DNA of 62,906 nucleotides, counting the filler, from Platydemus manokwari (Eukaryota): assembly GCA_037951405.1 (NCBI GenBank). It is 6 parts of 6 records of this genome, joined end to end, with 100 filler letters (N's around TTAATTAATTAA, not from the genome) between each part and the next. Parts side by side here need not be neighbours in the genome. Positions count along the whole stretch, not along the records: positions 34,972 to 43,908 come from JBBMOY011326206.1; positions 44,009 to 53,984 come from JBBMOY011182767.1; 4 more parts are not named here. One strand, given 5' to 3'. Both the position numbers and the translations under genes were made by a program. Positions 36,887 to 47,050 of the stretch are shown in pieces. Below the pieces are notes generated by a model. It had not been told where the DNA came from. It worked only from the letters and a program-made list of their open reading frames with translations, and did no database searches. Position 1 is the stretch's first letter. Each line of letters opens with the position of its first letter.

Positions 36887-39800
36887 ATGGATAAATTTAA
36901 GTTTAATTTTTCATCACTCAACGAGAAGTTACACAAGAAAAACAAATTTACCGAATTTCTTTCATATTTAGAAAAAGTATCTGGTGTTCCGCGAACAAAG
37001 ATTTTTCTAGGTTGTTCATATTTGATTTATAATTATTTTTGAGATACTTTTCCAAAATTTTCATATGAAATTGTTGAATGATAAATGTTTTCATTCAAGG
37101 CTTAGCATCAGTTCTCGGTTTATATATAATATTTGGTCCATATGCTGTTAATTTTGTCAATCTAATTGGATTCTTTTATCCAGCATATGAATCGTAAGAT
37201 GATTTTTTATGATGAATTTTTTCTCAACCCACCTCAATAGATTAAATATGATTGAATTGAGGCCGAAAATGGAAGATATCAAATGGATGACATATTGGGC
37301 GATTTATGCTTATTGGTTTGTTTTAGAATCATTATTGCAAAGTGTTTTGTTTGCCATCCCGTTTTATTCTGTTTTGAAGGTTTGTTTATATTAATAATTT
37401 TTATAACAAAAATAATTATTTTTTATAAAATAATAATATATAACAGTGATTATAATGATTATATATAATTATATAATTCTTAATAACTTTATATTTTTGA
37501 TTATAATGGGAAATAAATTGGAGGATTTATGTGGCTAATAAATGATAGGATGGAGAGTACGATATTAGCATAGAAGCTATGAGTAACGTTTAAGGTTTGA
37601 AAGTTTCCATTTTCATCACAAATATCAGCACCATTTAACCTGATTAAGTCGTCATACTAAGTTAGAAGTCTGTAAGGAGAATCAATCAGTGACAACAGAT
37701 TCTTCCAAACGTTATTGTAGGTCGCCGAAATGTGTACATAGGGGATGGAATCCTTTCTGTTAAATAGCGAGCCCTTTTATAAGGACTTCCATTTTCAAAT
37801 TTATTTTTATCTGCCACAGACATATGGATAATATTATGTAGAGACTTAACCGTGGGAAAATACGTTAAAACTCGAATATGGAGTAGAGTTTTCATATTGA
37901 AAGGAAAAGTAAATAGATGTTTTATAAACAATAATAATAGTAAAAACATCGGCTGTTTCCATCAAAATTTATTGCTTCAGAAATCACACGCGTTTCCTCG
38001 AATATTTAAACAAATCTAAGATTTATCTGACTTTTCTTTCTTCTTGTTTTTAAGATCTTTTTAGCCATTCAATTCTTCGAGGATTTGGATGGCCCTGGAA
38101 ATCAAGAACCGCTTGATGTGGGCTAAAAAATTCAAAAATTCTGTGACGACCTTCATAACGATCTCCGTTCTTTATCTTGTGTGGTTCCTTCTTCACTAAA
38201 ACTTCTTCTGAAACCTCTTGTTTTATCATCGAATTTCCTTAAGTTTATGGCTACTGATTTTAGTTGGTTTTTCCATTTATTCGATGATCTGGGTGTGATG
38301 GCTTGATTCGTTTAATCGTAACCCATGCATATTAATTCGTCGACCAAAACAATATTTCAAAAGGAGGATTGAGCTTTGATATGCCACATTGATGATAAGT
38401 TATATCCGATGTATTAATTTATCTCAAGTCTGTTTCTCTGATGCTGGTGTTGTTACCACTATATCTAATCATTATTTCGGCTAAGCCATTAGATTTGTGT
38501 TGGTAGGGAAGGCGAAATCTTGCATTATTCGAAATCGTATCGTTAATTCTTTCATTTCCCTTCCCTCGTAGACTACCACGACCAGTGAGCATTGATTTTG
38601 AAGCACCAAACATATAGATCAAATTATCGATGATAGAATTGGAAGTAATGATCTCGTCTTGTCGAATAAGTGGCACTAAGCTCACTTACTTACTGAATCT
38701 ATCTACAATAACCAACAGATATTTGGTTTTAGTCATAAATTCCTCAAAGTGCGCAACATTTGTTCTGCAGAACCAAAATCTTCCCTTGAAATCATAACTT
38801 CTTTAGCCCGTTCATTGGATATCTTCCGTTTAGCACAAATATTACAATTCCGTACTTCGTATTCGATGCTTCGTGGCATATTTTCCCAGAAGTACATCTT
38901 TTGCATGAAATCGACCAATTCCTTATTAATAATATGGAACAACTCCAAATGAAGGTATCTCATTAGTTTCTGCGACTGGACCTCTAGCACAACAATTCGC
39001 CTCTTTCCATTCTCATTATACACCACCATATCTTCAAACAATTCGTATTTTCTTGACCACTGAATTGAATTCTCTTTCAGTTGAATGTTCTTTGAATGGA
39101 GCCAACGTCTTTTTATTAAATCTTCATTATTTCGTCATTATTTGCAATTGAATGTTCGACAACATAAAATAAATAGACTTTTTAGATTGTCATATTTAGC
39201 TTAGTGCTGAACAAAATGCTTCGCCTGCTCTTGAGAGTCCATCCGCATTTCAGAATCAGATTAATCCCTTCTGATATTGAAGTTCCAAATTGAATCCGGA
39301 TAAGTATGCAAACCATTTCTGAAATTGAGGGCTAATCAATTTGTTAGTTTTCTTCATATAAATCAATGTCTTGTGATCATTGCGAGTTACAAATTTCTTT
39401 CCCAGTAGATAATGCTTAAAATGCATACTTAACTTTTGGATTGCCAAAAGCACCCTCCTCGTGACGCAATAACATTTCATGACTGTGAAGAGTTCTAGAA
39501 GCATAGGCAATTACTTTCTCTTTTCCAGTGTCATCCAATAGGATTAGAACGTCGCCAATCTCTCTGAAACTAGCGTCGATATCTAAAATAATCTCTTTGC
39601 TTGGATCCGGAAAGGCCTAAATCAGAGTTGTGCATAATTGTCCCTTTAGGTTTCGAAGAATTTCCGCATTCTCTGTACTCCACTTTAATATCTTGTCACT
39701 TCCAATCATCATCGCATATAACGGAGCCATAATTTTGTGTGAAATCTTTTATAAATCGTCTGTAATAATTGCATAATTCTAAGAACGATCTCAACCGAAT

Positions 39801-42706
39801 TTAATTGTTTTCTTAATCTTTTTTATTAGTTTCTATACCTTCTGCACTAATCGTATGAACCAGGAAATTCAATTTTCTTTTTCCAAAAGCATATTTTTAT
39901 GGATTGATTTTCGAACTTCATGATTTAATCGACCTGAAAACCTTTTTCGAGTTTCTCATTGTGTTCTTCACCTTTTCTTCCATACAATTAAATATTGCCC
40001 AGATAAACAAGAATGTCTATAAATCAAATCCTTAAATATCGTATTCATTAGACTCTGAAACGTTGCTGAAGTGATACATAATCGACTAAGTAGTCTGCTT
40101 AAACAGAAAAGCCCAGTTCTAGTGCTGAATGCCGTTTTCAACTTAGAATCTTCCTCAATTTAGACCTCATAATGTCCTTGCCCTAAATCAACGGTAGAGA
40201 AAACTATCGGGTCATACATCGAGTCCAATAACGTTTGGATATCAGGTACCTAAATAGAAAACTTCTCAGTCTGTTCACTTAATTCTCGGAAGTCTAAACA
40301 CGTTCTGATCGATCCACCTTTCTTAGGAATAACACCCAAATAAGCGTTGCAAGGTGTTATGACATTACTTTCAAGAATTTTTTTATTATTTATTGAATTT
40401 TGGTTTCTAAATTTATTGGCTGCCTTCTGGGATTTGCGCAATAGGTTCTCTTTTGTACGGATCTCACGCTTCACATCTGTGTGTCCCAAATCGAACCGAG
40501 ACGCCATAAAAATTGAGTCATTTGATTTTATACACCTATTCAATGAAATATCATTCTCATCAGCAATACTCTTCAGTGCCATTTCGATTCTGTCTTGGTC
40601 GGTGTATTTCTTTCCCACATCCTTGGCATCAATTGATTCTATCTCTGGAAGGAATATTCCACAAGTCTTAATCATATCATTTCCCTTAATAAATCTTGAT
40701 AAAATTTGTTACACTATAATGATAACTTTTACTAGAACTTTATTGTTCCAGACTATTAAGATCCTTATTCTCCCTAGACATGATTTGTGTTGAATTGGAG
40801 AATACACCAGCCAATCGAACATCAGAATTTTGAATCTAGGGCTCTCCAATGCGCCACCAATTGCTCTCATTCATTACTGTTATTGATGCACAGAAATCCC
40901 ATAACATTTCAATATGTGTACAGTTGCACTCAATTTTACTCCATTGTGTACCATCTGCTTTCTCATGGATCAGTGAGTGCTTCCTCTTTCTCTTGCAGTC
41001 TTTCTTTACTTCTATTCTATCTCTGATATGTGTCATATTGACGCAATGCTTTCATTAATATTGTTGGTCTCGTATTGTTTGGAGATTCCCTGTTATTAAC
41101 TGGTGCACGATGATATACCAAAATCTATTTTCTGCACGATTGGACTTGGATTTTTGAACGAAGTCCCTTTCTGAAACATCTTTCTTGGGTCACTTTGAAA
41201 TAGAGAGTGAACATATGTCTTCTTAATGGCGTTTAAAGGCCTCGTCGGAGTTAACTTTTCAAATTTTACAGCTAGATCTCTTCTTTTATCGTCGAACATT
41301 GCAGGGTCGAGCGTAAAAGACTACTTCAATTTTTTGATCTTTAGACCTTGCAGAATAAATAGTCTTGAAATCTTTTCAAGAGTGTTTTTCTTGTCAAACA
41401 CCTCTGTCATTAGTTATTTTACTCGAAGTTCATAACTTTGGTACTTTTCATCCGGTCTTTGTCGCATTGCTGCCAAATTCTGAACCTTGTCGTACACTTT
41501 TGACATGTGAGAAACTGCTTCTTTGAAACTGCTGATCTCTTGTCACAGTTGTTTGGCGTCATCTGTCACAGCATGTCAAATTCAAATGATAATTCCATTT
41601 GATTAAATGTGGTAAAATCTTTGGTTGTCTGAAAGTATTTTTCAGCATCTTGGATTGATGCATCGAAGAACGATGGCTTCGGAATCAATAACTCCTGAGA
41701 TTTTTTGGGGGGGGCAAAGATTTTCTGCCTCTCTTCCCTATTGGCTATTTGGTAGCCTGTAATAACATCGGTTGTTTCCATAAAAATTTATTGTTTTAAA
41801 AATCACACGCGTTTTCTAGAATATTTAAAAAATCTAAGATTTATCTAACTTAATTATTAATATCTATTAAAATAACTGCAATAATAAATTATTATAATTA
41901 TAACTAAGTGATAATATAATCCGCAATATGGATGCGTTGTCATGTATGAAACAATAAATTTATGTCTGAATTTAATAAAACCATCTCTTATGATTTACAA
42001 AACTTCTAATTTTATGAGTCGTGTATTATAATTTGATTGCTGTTTCTTGGACATTTATATTGTTCTGATATTCATAACTAATAAATATTTTTTTAATAAT
42101 ATTCGCCTTGTACATATTCTTATATCAAATAAATCGAGCACTTCTTCACTTCAGAGATAACACAATTACAAGGTTTAACTGATTTTATCCTACGTAACAT
42201 AAAATTTGTCATTATTAATAAATTACATACATTTGTAATTAATTATTTTCAATTATAATCTATTTTAAATATTTGATAACACTTGACAAAGATGCAGTGT
42301 GATCATAATTATTTTTTACTTACCTAATAAATATTTATTCTTGAAATAAATAAGCACTTTTTATAATATTTGAGATATTCTTGTTTTATCTGCTGATTTT
42401 TTAAGTGAATAGATAAAAAAATATCTATTAAAATATAACATTCCGACTCTTGTGTTACATCATGCCATTTTAGTGTGCCTTCTTGATATGCTGTATGATG
42501 TCAAATTCTTACAATGGATCCCTTATAATATACAAACACATTATTCGACCATTGATTATTCAAAACCAAAAAAATATCGATCGAGCTGTGTTACATTTGA
42601 CTACAGAAGCTAAAGATTTTCTAACTAAAGGTTAAAGTTCATTTCCATTATTTATATATCACGTAATCAATTCATATATTTTGTATTTTTAGTGAGTAGT
42701 GACTGA
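36887..42706 (+). CDS. REEP5: Receptor expression-enhancing protein 5/6 (DP1/Yop1, TB2_DP1_HVA22 family), 175 aa
   Basis: Exons 36887-37010, 37100-37193, 37241-37379, 42474-42630 and 42693-42706, all GT-AG and frame-consistent: ...LEKVSGVPRTKIFL|G...NLIGFFYPAYES|LNMIE...EDIKWMTYWAIY...PFYSVLK|CAFLICCM...NGSLIIYKHIIRP... Confidence 0.93.
37944..41849 (-). mobile_element. Decayed Ty3/Gypsy retrotransposon in REEP5 intron 3, antisense to the host gene
   Basis: On the minus strand, in order: gag (from 41781), protease region, RT (PKKGGSIRTCLDFREL, FSTVDLGQGH, KTAFST, YLGNI for YLDD), RNase H (DIDAS, VIAYAS, HFKHYLLGKKF..RNDHK) and integrase (YFWENM...CNIC, PYQHKSNGLAE). Many stops and frameshifts. 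Confidence 0.93.
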
Positions 42707-43908
42707 AAACACGGATTAAGACGGTTGTGACGCATTAAAAAAATATTATCATCAATACTATTAAAATGTTAATAATTATTTTTCTAAATGATATTTTATT
42801 GGTAAAATGATTTGTCAACATATTATTAATGAATCCCATGAGTTGTTTATTTAACGCATCATAACTCTGATGTTGAAAATAAAGATAAAATACAAAATTA
42901 TTCAATATCATTTTATATTTCATAATTTTATATAACTTAAAATAATTTTTTCTAACCCACAAGAAACAGATTAAAATAAACATATTGAAAATATCTTAAA
43001 TGTCGGACAAAATATAATTATAGGCTTTCATGGTTTGATTTAAAAATGTTTATGAAATTAAATTATGAATAATTATGGGTTTTCAATCCTGAAAGTTTGA
43101 CACATTTTGCTGAAGTTTCATTTTTTTTCACGTGGAAAACTATATTTTTCATTTCTTTTGTTAATTTTCGTTTAAGTTGAAATACTTAAATTTATTGATG
43201 TACTAAGTGCTGTTCATCAGTAAAATACACTTCATCTCAAACTGGTTTTCAACTCACAACATGACATGTTTTCAACATAATGTAAATTCATAAGTTTGTA
43301 TGTGTTTCATGTGTTAAGCTTTAATTCGATAATCTATTCTTCACGATTTTAACTGGAATCATTTATTCATCATCAACGAAATTGGTCAGTCGGTGCAGTT
43401 ATGCAGTAATATATTTTCCTAAATAGAAGTCATGGCTCTATTATGGTTCTGATTGTTCAATCTTTGTGACTGTACGACTGTGTAAACATGTATGGGCATA
43501 AAATATAAAAGCAAGGGTTCCAAGAGTCGTAACTTTCAACGTGAGTCTATCAATCTCAACGTAACTCCATATTTTTGAAAATTTTGCATCCAAAATCTTT
43601 ACAGTTAAGGAATTGTCAATGAAAGTTAAATTTTCAATATACTGGTTTAAGCCATTTAACCAATGCTTTCGACATTATTGTTATTTTGAACACATATTGT
43701 TAATTATGTTTTAAATTATACATATGGAAACCGCGTGAACATCCTTGAAATAGTTGTACAATTGTTCGGGTTGTGGCCCAACTAGTTACTTAAAACAATG
43801 AATTTACATTGAAAAATATGTGTACAAAATCTGCATGTCAGTACGTATAAAATGTGTAATAATTTTTATTGTATCAATTTTTATTTTAATCTGTGTGTAT
43901 TTTTATAT

Positions 43909-44008
43909 NNNNNNNNNNNNNNNNNNNNNNNNNNNNNNNNNNNNNNNNNNNNTTAATTAATTAANNNNNNNNNNNNNNNNNNNNNNNNNNNNNNNNNNNN
44001 NNNNNNNN
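43909..44008. other. Artificial contig linker
   Basis: 44 N + TTAATTAATTAA + 44 N. Confidence 0.98.
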
Positions 44009-44910
44009 TGAAATAAAATCAATTATGCCAAGAACGTATATATATTCAATAGCTATTAAATAAAATAATTTTCAAATAATTGTTTTACGTAAAATAATAA
44101 TTTTCAAAAATTCAAATCAAATATTAAAATCAATAAAATATAAAAACAGAGTTTTACTTACATTTAATCAAATTTAAATTTCGATAGACATTTGAATTGA
44201 ATTTGTTTTGAAGCTTGAATTTTGATTTGAAATGGGATTCTTCTTAGATCTACGTGTCTGGATATTCGCTCTATTTTTTTCATCTTCCAGATGTTCAATG
44301 ATTTTTTCCAATTCCTTCTTGTCTCTTTTCATTCGTTCTCGTTGTTTCTTTAATTCACTTTGTTGTTCAAAACTTTGTTGGGCCTTTTCTTCTCCCGATC
44401 ACTCTGTTGGGAATCCAAGATATAAATAAAATAAACAAACAATCCAAAATATAAATAAAATAAACAAATATAAAAACCTAATTGCCCACGTACTTCCACG
44501 CCACCGAAAAATACAATAATAATAAAAATTATAATAAAATGATGCATCACCATGGTGAATTAATACGTCACCACGGTAACAAAAATAGTAATAATATTTA
44601 AAATACACATCACCATGGTGATTTAATATATCACCATGGCAATAGAAAAATAAATTATAAAATCATTAAAAAATCCCAGAAATTAATAATCAACTCCCAC
44701 GTACGCCCACAGGGAAAATTGCTATAAAATAGTGGGCGACGTAGGTGAGTTGCCACAAAAATTGTTCATCATTGATTCGCCAAAATTGGGAATCGCTACA
44801 AAAAATTTCTTATCAAGAGCAATCATTCAACTTCTCAAATAAATTGGGATATTCATTCGTATCTTTCTCCTCAAAAAAGTTTAGTATTGCAATCGAAATC
44901 ATTCGCAACG

Positions 44911-45086
44911 TCGGATCAATTCGTTATAGGATAAGCTCGTTATTGGATTGCCATCCGCCGAATCTCTAGATCATTCGCATCATTGGATAAACTCGTGATC
45001 GGATCAATTCGTCATCAGATAAATTCGTAATCAGATAAACTCGTTATCGGATCAATTCGTTATCGGATAAGTTCGTTATTGGATTT
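44911..45086. repeat. 16-bp tandem repeat array (consensus ~CGGATAAATTCGTTAT), about 10 copies in two blocks
   Basis: (G/A)GAT cores at 44913, 44929, 44945, then 44985, 45001, 45017, 45033, 45049, 45065 and 45081. Confidence 0.9.
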
Positions 45087-45144
45087 CAACTTTCACAGCG
45101 CCTTCCATTATCAAATGCAATCGGTAATTTTTTCAATTAACTAC

Positions 45145-45342
45145 ATGAGTATCGTACAAAGTCGCAAGAATTTGTACTGATATTCATTCATAAAATCATA
45201 TAGCGGTACAAAGGCAGAAAGCATTTGCACCGAGCCATCAGTACGCTGTAAAGCCGCAAGGATTTGCAGACGTCACCTTTAATTAATTAATCTTCTTTAG
45301 TTTATCGTCCGAAGTAAGGCGGCACTTAGTTCCTTACGTCGG
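45145..45342 (+). other. Cluster of related stem-loops (candidate structured RNA or ssDNA element)
   Basis: Three homologous hairpins (45145-45187, 45203-45235, 45243-45273) with covarying pairs, plus a fourth hairpin at 45309-45342. Confidence 0.6.
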
Positions 45343-46063
45343 TTTGTTTTAAACTCTTCAGGACACAACACTGCTTTCTGTCAAATTGTTGCATGATACA
45401 TTCGTTAATTTTTATTATAATAAACGTATTGTATTAAGATTTTGTTATCATTTATATCATTATTATATTTAACAGTCCCTGAATAATTACACGCAACCTA
45501 TTTACTGATTAAAGTCGGATTATTGGTGGAATCATCATTATTCCGGTTCTAATCATCACTTAATAATGCACAGATAATTCATCGAGTTCTGCTAGTTGAA
45601 TTATCACTTAGAATCACTCACCAGATACTACTTAGCACAGGCTAGTAGGATTCCATCAATAATAGCGATTCATAAAAGATATAATAGCCCTTTTCATATA
45701 AAACCGTTTCATCTTGAAAGAACTTCCCACAATAGAATAATGATTAATTCAACAGAAAATATTATTATTCGGCTAACCTATTTTGGAATTTCAAAGCTAT
45801 TAATCAACTTCGATTAAGCTGAGTAACCGCGTTTCAGAGCTATTGAACAAATCCGATTGAAAATCACACTTGTTCGGATTATTAGTGAGGTGTAAAACTA
45901 ACGTTGAATTAGTCTCATTCGACAAAAACTATACAAGGAAATACTGGACATACAGATTCAAATTACTTTACGACTAAAAGTAGCCACCAATAAACTAGAA
46001 ACTATTTACCAGAAAAAAACTCCTCTAAAGGAAAGAAATATCGAACTGCATCCTAGTCAAATA

Positions 46064-47050
46064 TGTTGTGTTTGGGGCTTGTCAATCTTTTTTGTTTTAA
46101 TTCTTATCAGTCTCAATAATATTATAACTGTTACGGATCATTGTTGTCTTGATCGGTCCAAATGAGTCCTAATCAAGGCCAAGGTACAAACTATAGAACC
46201 TTATCCTATCTATTTTCACATCGCAATTAATACTATGTGAAGAGAGTATGATTGGCAACAATGATCCAATTTTATTATAAACAATCAGCCTCAATTTAAA
46301 TTGCCCTATATAATTTATCTATCGACAAAATGTCAAAACAACTATTAACTACAGTAAGTTTTATTACACCGACATAAAAATTATGTAATAAGCAAGCAAT
46401 TGATTTTAATATTACAATACGATTACAATACTGTATACACGTAAACGACCACCCTACAAATTCAGGAATAAGCTACGGTTGCAAACTTCAACTCAAGAAG
46501 CTGAACCAGTTATCTCAAGACGTTTTTGAGATACAACTCAATAACGTGACAATATACGATACGTTATATAGTACATATAATGATTTTGCAGTATAAATTT
46601 AACTCACTGGTACTGGAATTTAAACGGGAAATGTAATGGCTGCTGATGGTTACTAAACTAACTCGAATATTGAAGGCTTTATGGCTTATATGATCATAAA
46701 TTTTTCAATGGGACTAATGCGCTTACTCCTCTAGTGGTTTCAAATAATTAATGGGCGAGTTGTGAAGTTCTCAACTCCTATATATACCTTTTTTATGTCG
46801 GCGCTTATAATAATCCTGATTATAATATATTTCGCCACATTATTATAAATATCCCGCATTTTATTCATGATGTCACTATTTATTCTCTGAAGATTTATCT
46901 TATTTCAACTATTATATTTATTATTATACATATAGAATATAATTTTAAATAGATATCATTTTTTTAATATTAACAATATAATTACTACGTAATAAATTAT
47001 TTATTCCCGAATTTGAGGAATTTACATTAGAAATAAAAATTATCGCTACA
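46064..47050. repeat. Dispersed ~1-kb repeat (possible LTR; TG...CA ends), copy 2
   Basis: Homologous to 28461-29506. Begins TGTTGTG and ends CGCTACA; no target-site duplication seen. Confidence 0.6.

Noticed and set aside
38749-41435. Plus-strand ORFs 38749, 40347, 40787, 40849 and 41226
   Set aside because: Antisense shadows of the Gypsy gag-pol.
43768-43786. Helitron 3' end (GGG...CCC hairpin followed by CTAGT)
   Set aside because: The stem is very short and only 2 nt from CTAG; no 5' end or Rep/helicase evidence.
45279-45290. TTAATTAATTAA identical to the linker core
   Set aside because: No flanking Ns; plausible by chance in AT-rich DNA.
45670-45845. Group I intron core (AAGATATA.. 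and TTCAGAG.. look-alikes)
   Set aside because: Matches are partial and in the wrong order for P7 formation.
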